NCBI GenBank assembly: GCA_020348985.1
Contig: CP070761.1
Span: 2,800,021 to 2,864,020 of the forward strand
Direction: 5' to 3'
Length of the DNA: 64,000 bases
DNA from: Candidatus Thorarchaeota archaeon
Lineage (GTDB): Archaea > Asgardarchaeota > Thorarchaeia > Thorarchaeales > Thorarchaeaceae
The position numbers and the translations under genes are program-made. The notes beneath the pieces are model-generated. The model worked only from the letters and a program-made list of their open reading frames with translations. It did not search any database and was not told the DNA's origin. Shown piece by piece: positions 46,804-56,227 of this stretch (positions are counted from its first letter, which is position 1; the number at the start of each line of letters is the position of its first letter).

Positions 46804-48063
46804 TTGATGAAGAAGGTGAGAAGAGAGATGTCTTGGAGATTCGAGAATCTTTCCCATGAAGAGATTCTGGGACGGGCACGCGGCCATGTTTTCTCAACTG
46901 GCGTAGATGACTCTGCAGACATGTTGTGCAGGGCCAACATGAGCTATGGAATTGCAATGACTCACTGTGTCCAACATGAATTAGGTTTGGAACCAGATGC
47001 TACGTTTGTTGGTGCGCCAGATGCAACAGTAACTCGAAACGAGAAGAGATGGAAGAGTGGGTTTGGATACGGAGGTAAGATTTCGTGGGGGCCAGGAGAT
47101 GAGAAGCTAATAATCCTCAACTCGATGCCTAACGCTTGTGGAATGCTCGTGGGCGAGATGGACAAGCTTCCATCAATGGATATGCTTCTCGAGCGTCTCT
47201 CCGATATAATGAGTGAAGAGGATGAAGTCGATGGGATCTCAATGGAGTGGGATTTCGCAATTGGCAACCACTTCATCGATCTCTATCGCTGCAGGCCAAT
47301 CTCGCCTGATGACGACAGCCATCTTCACTACGCATTCATAATACATGGCTCAGTTCCCGAGCTGAAAGGTGATAATGAAACCAAGTTTGGCTTTGGTCTA
47401 TACTATCACAAGAGCAAGATCCTGAGAGAGATGGCCGAGGTCATGGAGACTCCGTTCGGGGATGCACATATCTTGACAGGGGATAGCGTGTCCAAGTATA
47501 TGGAACTGCACAAGTTTGCCGTCGAGCTCAGCCAGAAGAAGAGACTAAGAGCTGCTAAACGCCTTTTCGATGATTTCGTGGAGGTTGCAAATCCGGTACA
47601 TCAGGGCTTGCTAAGTATGAATAGGATAGCGCTGGGCTGCCAGGACTCGGACCAGAAGACTCCGAAAGGCCTGCTTCCGATTGCTCTTCGTTCGGACTTA
47701 CCAGCATACCTTGTACGTGGAAAACCGAATCTCAAAGAGGAGACCGTGGAGCATCTTGGTTTCATGAAACGCGCGGAAAAATACGACGTTATGGACAGAC
47801 TCTTGAACGCAAATATCCTGCCGCATGGTGGCGGTTACCACTTCCCCGCCATTCTTAGCGTCAACAGGGTTGTCGAGGATGGCAGAAAGTCGAGATTCTT
47901 TGTATTAGATGTTGCCACTGGTCATGAGACAGAAGAAGTCATCTCGAATCCTAGAGAGCTAGAGTTCACTTATCGTGGCCGTCAGGTGGTCAATCGCTCA
48001 GTAAGCCTAGGACTTTGCGACGTTGAGGTGCGACTAATGCCTCGACTAGTCGTGAAAATCTAG
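46804..48063 (+). CDS. Divergent RtcB-like protein
   Basis: PDA, GYGG, NACGM, GNHF, IHGS, VHQ and PHGGG in RtcB order. Confidence 0.65.
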   Translation: MMKKVRREMSWRFENLSHEEILGRARGHVFSTGVDDSADMLCRANMSYGIAMTHCVQHELGLEPDATFVGAPDATVTRNEKRWKSGFGYGGKISWGPGDEKLIILNSMPNACGMLVGEMDKLPSMDMLLERLSDIMSEEDEVDGISMEWDFAIGNHFIDLYRCRPISPDDDSHLHYAFIIHGSVPELKGDNETKFGFGLYYHKSKILREMAEVMETPFGDAHILTGDSVSKYMELHKFAVELSQKKRLRAAKRLFDDFVEVANPVHQGLLSMNRIALGCQDSDQKTPKGLLPIALRSDLPAYLVRGKPNLKEETVEHLGFMKRAEKYDVMDRLLNANILPHGGGYHFPAILSVNRVVEDGRKSRFFVLDVATGHETEEVISNPRELEFTYRGRQVVNRSVSLGLCDVEVRLMPRLVVKI

Positions 48064-48064
48064 A

Positions 48065-49657
48065 CTACGCCTGGATGACAGGCTCATATCCTTTCCTGAC
48101 CAGGGTATCAACGGCCTCATTTGCCAGGCTCGGGTAGTCTTTGTTGAAATGGGCGCCTCTGGACTCTCTCCTCATTCTTGCCATCCTGATAATGAGTTCT
48201 GCAACAGTTGCGATGTTCCTAAGTTCCAGTAGATCGCGAGTGACCTTGAAGTCCCAGTAGAAAGTGCCTATCTCCCTTGCCAGGAAGCCTATTCGATTAC
48301 GAGCTCGAATCAGCCGCTTGCTAGAACGCACAATTCCGACATAGTTTGCCATCAAGCGACGAATCTCATCCCACATATGGCTGACGACAACCAGTTCGTC
48401 AGGATCTGTTGCCGCCCCCGGATCCCAAGGGGGTATCTCAATAGGAGGGCCCAGTCTTTCCAGTTCTGCATCTAATTGTTGTGCAGCATTCAGCGCTGAT
48501 ACTGACGTTTCCAGCAACGAATTTGAGGCAAGCCTATTTGCACCATGAAAACCAGTACAAGCGGTCTCTCCGATTGCGAAAAGACCATTCACATCAGTTC
48601 TACCATTGATGTCTGCACGGACCCCACCCATAACATAGTGAGCAGCAGGGACCACCGGAATAGGTTCTTGGGTTATGTCAATTCCTGCCTCCAAGCACTT
48701 CTCATAAATGGCAGGGAATCGTTCGACGATGAAGTCCGTATCCTTGAAAGAGATGTCGAGCCAAACATGGTCGGCTCCTGTCTTCTTGAGTTCGTTGTCT
48801 ATGGCCCGAGCTACAATGTCTCTTGGTGCCAGCTCTGCATCAGGATGATAGTCCGGCATGAACCTTCTACCATCATGACCTTTGAGAATTGCACCTTCAC
48901 CACGAAGAGCCTCAGTTATGAGGAATGATCTTATCTTGGTGTGGTACAGGAGCGTTGGATGGAATTGGACCATTTCCATGTTGACTATCGATGCTCCAGC
49001 CCGATAAGCCATAGCAATTCCATCACCAGTCGCCACGTCCGGATTGCTGGTGTAGAGAAAAACCCGGCCAGTCCCCCCTGTAGCAAGAACTGTAATCCTT
49101 GAAGAGAAACGCTCTACATCCCCCATGTTGTCATCAAGCACGTATGCTCCGAACACTTGGTTGTTCCTAACATAGAGATTCACGCCCATATGATTCTCGA
49201 ACACAGTAATGTTGGGAGCTTCACTGACTCTTTCGGTCAGGGTTTGCTCAATGTCTCGTCCTGTATGGTCCTTTACATGCAAGACCCTTCTCTTGGAATG
49301 ACCTCCCTCTAGACCAAGATCATACTCGTTGTCGTCCGAATCCTTGCAGAACTTTACTCCAAGATTGGTCAATTCCTGCACAATTCGCGGTCCCGAGGCA
49401 ACAATACTCTTCACAACATCCGAGTGGCAAAGTCCTGCACCCACGCGTATAGTGTCAGCTACGTGACTGTCGAATGAATCGTTCTCGCCGATGACTGTGG
49501 CGATTCCGCCCTGAGCCCTTGATGTTGATGACTCTGTAACTGTACCCTTAGTTATGATATTGACGGACCTGCTTCGCGCAATCTTGAGTGAATAGAGAAG
49601 TCCGGCCAATCCACTTCCAATGACAAGGACGTCTGATTCGAAGATCTTTCCGGCCAT
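48065..49657 (-). CDS. nadB: L-aspartate oxidase
   Basis: GSGLAG, AQGGIA, EGGHSKRR, QFHPT, ITEALRGEG, ELAPRDIVAR, HGANRLASNSLLE. Confidence 0.95.
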   Translation of the reverse strand: MAGKIFESDVLVIGSGLAGLLYSLKIARSRSVNIITKGTVTESSTSRAQGGIATVIGENDSFDSHVADTIRVGAGLCHSDVVKSIVASGPRIVQELTNLGVKFCKDSDDNEYDLGLEGGHSKRRVLHVKDHTGRDIEQTLTERVSEAPNITVFENHMGVNLYVRNNQVFGAYVLDDNMGDVERFSSRITVLATGGTGRVFLYTSNPDVATGDGIAMAYRAGASIVNMEMVQFHPTLLYHTKIRSFLITEALRGEGAILKGHDGRRFMPDYHPDAELAPRDIVARAIDNELKKTGADHVWLDISFKDTDFIVERFPAIYEKCLEAGIDITQEPIPVVPAAHYVMGGVRADINGRTDVNGLFAIGETACTGFHGANRLASNSLLETSVSALNAAQQLDAELERLGPPIEIPPWDPGAATDPDELVVVSHMWDEIRRLMANYVGIVRSSKRLIRARNRIGFLAREIGTFYWDFKVTRDLLELRNIATVAELIIRMARMRRESRGAHFNKDYPSLANEAVDTLVRKGYEPVIQA

Positions 49658-49806
49658 TGGTGTTCAATCCTTACGAGGATGCATGTTGTTTGCGGCCGCA
49701 GGACCATATACAGATTGTGAATTGATCCACATTCTTTGTGTATCAATGCAAACTATCTTTAAATCACACCAGTTGACTCGAACATTCTCCCTCGCAGGTG
49801 TCATAG

Positions 49807-50706
49807 ATGGACATAGAAGGAGTCATCATATTCGACTCACATACTGGAGTACCATTATTCTCGAGGCTCAGAGAGAACATCGATCCCTCTCTCTTTTCTA
49901 GCTTTATAGCTGCAATCGGCCATTTTTCAAACGAACTCCGCCTTGGGGGCCTATCGTCATTCACAACAGAGGAGAAAGTCATCTTTCTTGCCGCGCGTGA
50001 GAAGATAATCACTGCACTTGTCTCACCAAAGAAACCAGAGTATCAGGAAGCGTACTCATTGGCAAAAGAACTTGGAAGACAGTTCGAGAGCCAGAACATC
50101 AATGGTGATAGCTTCGACGTCTACCAGCAAGACGAATTCGCTCTCATTGTCGATGACTTCATGAGAAAGATCAAGAATCCGTTTGTGAGCCGAGTTGCAG
50201 AGTTCCTTCACACCAACTATGGAGGAAGTGTCTCAATCAAGACCAGAATGATGAAAGTCAATGGCTCCCAAGGAATCATCGATGCTGTTGTCAACTTGGG
50301 AATCAAACACACTGCAGAAGACAATGGCAAGAAGAAGAGGGATACTGCAGACCTTGTCTCTGAGAACTTCATCTTTTGCAAGGTAAGTGATGGACGCCTA
50401 AGTAGAACTGAGTTGATTGACTTCCTTGACTCTGTCGATGGTTACGGTGTTAGAATAATGAAAGGAGATGAACTCACATTCGTGCCCTACTATCCGTCAC
50501 GTTCCGTAGTAATCGCGCGTGCGTTTGCTCCTGAAGCAATCGAGTTTCTTGGCAGACTCCCTAACGACGGAAATGGTCCTTATCTGGACGGAACACATGT
50601 TTTCTTGGGACATGAGAAACAGTCATCGCGAACGACGAAATGCCCCTTAGATGTCTACGCTTGGAAAGATAGTGAAGAACCAGTGATCCTTTCTGTACAA
50701 TCCTAG
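49807..50706 (+). CDS. Longin-like N-domain fused to a degenerate PD-(D/E)XK/Mrr-like domain
   Basis: VIIFDSHTGVPLF...LFSSFIAAIGHFSNEL...ELGRQFE (longin pattern). C-half GIIDAVV...FIFCK...ELIDF...VVIARAFAPEA. Confidence 0.65.
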   Translation: MDIEGVIIFDSHTGVPLFSRLRENIDPSLFSSFIAAIGHFSNELRLGGLSSFTTEEKVIFLAAREKIITALVSPKKPEYQEAYSLAKELGRQFESQNINGDSFDVYQQDEFALIVDDFMRKIKNPFVSRVAEFLHTNYGGSVSIKTRMMKVNGSQGIIDAVVNLGIKHTAEDNGKKKRDTADLVSENFIFCKVSDGRLSRTELIDFLDSVDGYGVRIMKGDELTFVPYYPSRSVVIARAFAPEAIEFLGRLPNDGNGPYLDGTHVFLGHEKQSSRTTKCPLDVYAWKDSEEPVILSVQS

Positions 50707-50716
50707 ACTCTCGCTC

Positions 50717-53173
50717 CTAGCGGTGAAATGTAAACACAACTCTCTCAGTGAGTGGGACCACCTTTACGTAGGGAGAGTCCTCTCTTGGGAAACGACCCAC
50801 GATTCCGGCTCCAAATACTTTGACCAAGGGTATCGAGAAACTCATCGGTACATGAAGGTCAATCTCTTCAGGGAGGTGAGTCATGGAAACCTCCATTTGG
50901 TACTGGTTGGCAGAAGCTCCCATCTCGAAGTCCAGAGGGCCAAAATTCGTCGGAATTCTCTTGATCGTGAGACCGGTGCTGGATGTGTACCAATCCTCTG
51001 GAATGCCAGGAAGAAGAATCAGACTTGGTCCTTCCTCAACTAGTATCATACCCCTCGCTAGAAGGAAAAGGTCAGCGGCTGCTAGCATACTTGAACCGCT
51101 ACCGAAGCTTCCACCACCAGATTTTGGATCCACGTACTCGGGAAGAGTGTGATAGTCTGAGAGGTTCTCCAATGCTTTCTCCAGAAGTACTTCGGCATCA
51201 TACCTTTGCTTCTGTGATACGTAGAAGTGAGCAAGACGCAGTGACAGATGACTGGAGAACCTTTGGGGAGGCCCCTGTAGACGAATTAAGCCGCTGGATA
51301 TTCCTGTTCTTGCCAACGAAAGCAGATCTGAGATAGAATCGGATTTGGAAAGTTCGGCAACTCCTAGGAGGGCCATATCCGAAAGGAAGTGAAGAGCATC
51401 CAACATAGATGTGCTCTTGATTGTTTGACTGTCCAAGGCCGATTTCAGGTCCTTCTCAAAGTAAACAAGGAATCCCACGATGAGTAGAGACTTGTCCGAT
51501 TCTCCAACATCCTTTAGGAAGTCTCTCGCAAGTTTCAACACCTCAATGCTCCATAACTTGAGTCGAACAAGACGAATGTCATCATGTTCCACAAGTTCGC
51601 CCTCCTTGGCTAGTAGTGAATCCTCTGCTGGATTCTTGTCAGTTACTTTCTTAACCTCATCACGTAACTGTCTGATCCATTCAGGCTCAACAGATTTCGG
51701 TGACTCTCTTTCCTCTACGTCTCTTATTTCTTCAACCTCTTCTGTTCCCTCTGCTTCTTCTTCCTCTAGTTGCTCTATTTCTTCTACTTCTTTTACCACT
51801 ACTGGCTCGGGAAATTCTGGTTCAACACGTGTAGCTATTGACTGATACAGGAGAGATAGAATGGGCCGCAATCCTCGAATGAGCATTTCCCTGGCCCAAG
51901 ATTGGTGGTTTGACAATGTTCCAGAATTAAAACTGCGTAGAATTGTCCACATGAAGGGACTATGGAAAGAAACCCCCAACTCAGCTCCTTTGCTATTCGC
52001 CCGCTCATCGATCTCTTGAGCGAGATCCATAGCCAGGTCCGAGCAGCCACTGGTGATCAATGCGTGGAGAACCCGGGCAACCTCATACCAATCTGCCAAA
52101 TCTGGACTGGCTAGACACTCATTGATGAAGGAGCGTGATTGACTGACAAGGGATGCTTTTGCTTGTGCCAGAGCTTCACTCAGATGGCGCTCAGGCAGTA
52201 TGCTTGCAAGACCTGGCCCGGAATAATCAAACCATCTCTCAACGCTCTTGTCACGGACAGTCGTTTCGAACTCGAATTGGGGTATTGATTCGTTTGCCTT
52301 AGGCGGCGCTATTGGGCAAGTGAAGAAGAACCTTTCAGAGCCGGCCGGAGGAAGTTCAATGGTGAATCTCATAATCGCAGTGCCGAGACCCCTTGGAGTG
52401 GAGTATTCCTGGTCCATCCTACCTGCAGACATGGCAGCCGAAAGGAGATTTGGATTGTCCGCAGTTGACATTACTACGGCGGATGGGTTTCTGTCCATGG
52501 CGCAGGCCAAGAACCCATTGACATACAGAATGCCTTTCTCCAAGTCGAATTTGAGATTTTCAATTGGCTCCACTCCAGCAACGGACATTGGGCGCACTGC
52601 CATATAGAAATCAAAACGCGTCTTCTCGAGTGTGTAGTTTCTCGCTACAATCTCGTTGTATACGACTTCCATATCATCGTCAACAGCATGATAGACGAGA
52701 CGACGAAATTCTACTGGACCAGACAGAATAGTCATCTCGAAGACCTGATCTTCGGGCGAAAGGAGCTCTAGAACTGCAGACTCTTCCAAGGCAGGAAAGA
52801 CTGGCCCATTCTCGCTGCTTGGCCAGAATTCGATGGAACCACAGTCAGGAGAAGCCGTCAAGAGACCCTTCTTGTCGGTGATGGCGAAACTCCTGCTGCC
52901 CACTCCGCCGACGATTGCCCAGTTGCGATAGCTGATGTTCGGGAATCCTTCTTCCGGCGTCCTTGGTTGTCGATTCCGCTCAATGGTAGTTGTTACCCAA
53001 TAGGGACGCATCCAGGGCTCGGCACTGACGAATGCCTGCCAGTTCAAGCGACTCTGATAGAAATCGCGCAGAGTTGATATATTCTGAGGTTGTTCATCAG
53101 GTGCAGGAATCCGATTTGCCTTGGCCACTCTTCCTAAGCGCTCAATGTATTCGCTTGTGATTCCTGTCGGCAT
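50717..53173 (-). CDS. Six-hairpin glycosidase-like protein with Glu-rich insertion, probably degenerate
   Basis: Beta-rich N-half (NISYRNW), helical core, PEYVDPKSGGG...LLPGIPEDW...PTNFG C-terminus. Confidence 0.6.
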   Translation of the reverse strand: MPTGITSEYIERLGRVAKANRIPAPDEQPQNISTLRDFYQSRLNWQAFVSAEPWMRPYWVTTTIERNRQPRTPEEGFPNISYRNWAIVGGVGSRSFAITDKKGLLTASPDCGSIEFWPSSENGPVFPALEESAVLELLSPEDQVFEMTILSGPVEFRRLVYHAVDDDMEVVYNEIVARNYTLEKTRFDFYMAVRPMSVAGVEPIENLKFDLEKGILYVNGFLACAMDRNPSAVVMSTADNPNLLSAAMSAGRMDQEYSTPRGLGTAIMRFTIELPPAGSERFFFTCPIAPPKANESIPQFEFETTVRDKSVERWFDYSGPGLASILPERHLSEALAQAKASLVSQSRSFINECLASPDLADWYEVARVLHALITSGCSDLAMDLAQEIDERANSKGAELGVSFHSPFMWTILRSFNSGTLSNHQSWAREMLIRGLRPILSLLYQSIATRVEPEFPEPVVVKEVEEIEQLEEEEAEGTEEVEEIRDVEERESPKSVEPEWIRQLRDEVKKVTDKNPAEDSLLAKEGELVEHDDIRLVRLKLWSIEVLKLARDFLKDVGESDKSLLIVGFLVYFEKDLKSALDSQTIKSTSMLDALHFLSDMALLGVAELSKSDSISDLLSLARTGISSGLIRLQGPPQRFSSHLSLRLAHFYVSQKQRYDAEVLLEKALENLSDYHTLPEYVDPKSGGGSFGSGSSMLAAADLFLLARGMILVEEGPSLILLPGIPEDWYTSSTGLTIKRIPTNFGPLDFEMGASANQYQMEVSMTHLPEEIDLHVPMSFSIPLVKVFGAGIVGRFPREDSPYVKVVPLTERVVFTFHR

Positions 53174-53362
53174 CGGACTTCTCTCTGCGTTTATCAGCCT
53201 GTCTCATTCAGAGTTAGACTGAAACGGCTGTCGTATATATGTCCAGTGTGGATAGTTTGCCTATATCCTTAATAGCAGTTGACTGGCCTTCAGTTGTGTT
53301 GCGCGCCTAGAAGGGCAGATTTCACATCAATGCAGCACGAAGAAGACTGGAAGTGGACAAGC

Positions 53363-54526
53363 ATGGCCGAGGTCTTTACCAAACCATATGGCAGAATCAG
53401 GAATATGGTTGCCAAAGAACTTCGGCTTATTGTCAAGGACAAGGTTGCTCTATTTCTGATCTTCCTGCTTCCTGCTGCGCTTATCGGAATGCTTGCCTGG
53501 GTTACTCAGGAGAGCTCACTTGGAGGTGTTGGCCTGGGAGGAGGCTCAGGCGAAGACGATGGATTTGGGAGCACCGATGTGGCCATCGGTCTGATCGATC
53601 TTGACACAACGAGAACTTTCGATGGAGATGATCTCTCCGAGGAATTCACTGACGCCCTGGGCAACATAACAGAGGGTCTCGTAATCTACGAAAACGAATC
53701 AGATGCATTCCAAGACCTGTATGATAAAGTAATACTAGGATACGTTGTCATTCCCGACGGATTCGAGGCCAATCTCACGATTAACGAACCGACCTACATA
53801 GAGATGCACATAGACGCGACAGCACTGATAGAACAGAACACGGTTATGGGTGTAGTACAGGGTGCCGTAATCTCGTTTAGAGCAGGACATCTCTGGATTC
53901 GCTCAGAGGTCTTCCCTTTGCTGACAATTGAGTTCGCTCCGGAAGGGGGATACCTTGAGAGCGTGTTTGGAGGATTCATTATCATCTTCTCAAGCTACTT
54001 GGGAATTGCTATGACCGCAGCCCAATCCATTGTGGGAGATATTCCGCTGCGCAGAATGCTGCTTACACCAACGAACAGACTTGAAGTGATAGTTGCGAAG
54101 GCTCTTGCATACCTCATGATTGGGTTCTTCCAGTCTCTGCTACTGATATCCCTCTGGGTCATAGCGTTCGATCTAAGTCTGAACACGGGGTTTGAAATGC
54201 TCATCTTCATAATGAGCTTGACTTCACTCACAGGGTCAGCGACAGGGATACTCATCTCTGCGGTGGCTTCGACGAGGCTACAAGCAAATCAGATGTTCTT
54301 GTTCGTTCTGTTTGCCACCCTTATCATGGCGGGTTTCTTCATTGATGTAGGAATACTCGACGAAATCCTGCCGATGAATCAAGGCCTGCAGGTACTGATC
54401 GACACGGCCTTCAAGGGACTCACACTAGTTGACGTCTTGGAACCAGTGATGAAGCTAGTTGGGTTTTCGGCATTGGCAATATTGGGTGCTACGTTCATCT
54501 TCAGTAAAAAGCCAACTTTGGGTTAG
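53363..54526 (+). CDS. ABC-2 type transporter permease
   Basis: KELRLIVKD, extracellular loop (DLD...IPDGF), RMLLTP, six TM helices. Start set to ATG 53363. Confidence 0.9.
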   Translation: MAEVFTKPYGRIRNMVAKELRLIVKDKVALFLIFLLPAALIGMLAWVTQESSLGGVGLGGGSGEDDGFGSTDVAIGLIDLDTTRTFDGDDLSEEFTDALGNITEGLVIYENESDAFQDLYDKVILGYVVIPDGFEANLTINEPTYIEMHIDATALIEQNTVMGVVQGAVISFRAGHLWIRSEVFPLLTIEFAPEGGYLESVFGGFIIIFSSYLGIAMTAAQSIVGDIPLRRMLLTPTNRLEVIVAKALAYLMIGFFQSLLLISLWVIAFDLSLNTGFEMLIFIMSLTSLTGSATGILISAVASTRLQANQMFLFVLFATLIMAGFFIDVGILDEILPMNQGLQVLIDTAFKGLTLVDVLEPVMKLVGFSALAILGATFIFSKKPTLG

Positions 54527-54537
54527 GTGAGAAAAGA

Positions 54538-56220
54538 ATGGTATTTGGAATGGAGGGAAGGCCAGAGGAAGTCACAGAGGCTCCAAGGTTCGTAGAAGAG
54601 TCTTTCTTCTCAGGGTCAAGAATCGGTGAGGCTATAGACTGGGCTCTTGCAAGAAGAGACCGAGAGATCCATTGTGACATTCAGGGAGTGCTCATATCAA
54701 CCGGAAGTGCAGTGAGATTCAGAGGCAGACTTCTCAAAGTGAAGAAGAGCGTACTGGCTCGTCGTATCGCAGTCCTAGTCGAAGAGGATCTGAGAAGAAG
54801 AAAGACGGATGAATTGGATATTGTGCTCACCGTTGGTGCAGAGGGCTCCACAAATGCTGATGTTGCTGCAAGCGAGATTACGATGTTGAACTATCTCAAA
54901 AGGAATATCGCCGATGACATGTTCTATGATGGTCGCGATCTTCAGCAAGCTGTCAAAGACGTCAGCAAGATGAAAAGCAGTCACCAGATTTCGTGCACTG
55001 TTTGGGGCCGAAGAGCATCAGATCGGCTTCCCATAATGATCTCAGGAACGCTGATAGGCTCCTCGTCCATGCCCGCGCCAATCTTGCCTGAAGGCTTCCT
55101 GGAGGTCAGAGTTGAGCCTGAGGGTTCTGTTGGAGACCCAAAAATCTTCCTTGTAGCACAGCCTCAGCTACTGATCGGTCCGCGATCCAACCCCAACCTC
55201 ACCATCATGGCGGAGAAGGTCTACATTCAGCCGTACGCTTGGAGAGAAGCTCCGGCATACCGAGATGTTCTCGAAGCGAGAAACCTCACCGTGACTATCC
55301 GTGGAGGAATGAAGCTCATCGAGAATGTGTCTTTCTCAATACAGGAAGGTGAGATGCTAGCGATAATCGGCGAATCAGGTGCAGGTAAATCGATGACAAT
55401 CAAGTCTCTCATCGGGGACGTTCCTAGCACAGGAGTGGCCAGAATAGCAGGGGTTGATTCAAGGCAGACCAGCAAGGTTCGTTACTTCTTCGGTTACTGT
55501 CCGCAAGATCTAAACTACATGTATGAGACCTTCACTCCAATGGAAAACATCATTGCATTCGGAAAACAGTATGACATTCCAGAGTGGCAACTGATAAACA
55601 GAGGAAAGCAGTTGCTGAAGGACTTCAATATACTTGACAAGGGCAGCAATTTGACTCGAGAGTTGAGCGGAGGAGAACAAAGGAGGGTCTCAATCGCGAT
55701 AGCTCTTGTACATAGACCCAAAGTCCTATTGATGGACGAACCTACAAGCGGCCTTGACCCTGACAATAGGAATGAGCTTTGGCATTTCCTAGATTATGTG
55801 AATCAGGAGTATGGAACATCGATTGTAGTTGTGACTCACTATCCTGCGGAGGCAGAGTTCTGTGACAAAGTGGCTGTCTACATGAGGGGAAAGAGTCTCG
55901 TAGCCTTTGGCAGTCCAGCAAAGCTGAAGGAGTCAATGCCCGCGAGAGGATTCTCTGTTGGCGTTGTCCTCGAAGATGTTGATCCCAGAGCAAGAAAGAC
56001 TCTGGAGGAGGTCAAGGGCGTTCAGTTTGTCCTGCAGAGAGGTGAGCTTCTCAAAGTCTTCACAGAGGAGCCTTTGGAGGTAATTGCGGAGAGCTGCCTT
56101 CAAGCTTTGAAAGACAAAGGAATTGCAGTCAAGATTGTGAAGACCAAAGCAGTAGCTGATATGGTAGACTACTACATAGCAATAACTCGTGGCCTAATAA
56201 CAGGCACAATCGAAAAGTGA
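54538..56220 (+). CDS. ABC ATP-binding protein with ~245-aa N-terminal extra domain
   Basis: GESGAGKS, YCPQ, LSGGEQRR, MDEPTSGLD, VTH. Confidence 0.9.
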   Translation: MVFGMEGRPEEVTEAPRFVEESFFSGSRIGEAIDWALARRDREIHCDIQGVLISTGSAVRFRGRLLKVKKSVLARRIAVLVEEDLRRRKTDELDIVLTVGAEGSTNADVAASEITMLNYLKRNIADDMFYDGRDLQQAVKDVSKMKSSHQISCTVWGRRASDRLPIMISGTLIGSSSMPAPILPEGFLEVRVEPEGSVGDPKIFLVAQPQLLIGPRSNPNLTIMAEKVYIQPYAWREAPAYRDVLEARNLTVTIRGGMKLIENVSFSIQEGEMLAIIGESGAGKSMTIKSLIGDVPSTGVARIAGVDSRQTSKVRYFFGYCPQDLNYMYETFTPMENIIAFGKQYDIPEWQLINRGKQLLKDFNILDKGSNLTRELSGGEQRRVSIAIALVHRPKVLLMDEPTSGLDPDNRNELWHFLDYVNQEYGTSIVVVTHYPAEAEFCDKVAVYMRGKSLVAFGSPAKLKESMPARGFSVGVVLEDVDPRARKTLEEVKGVQFVLQRGELLKVFTEEPLEVIAESCLQALKDKGIAVKIVKTKAVADMVDYYIAITRGLITGTIEK

Positions 56221-56227
56221 CATTGAC

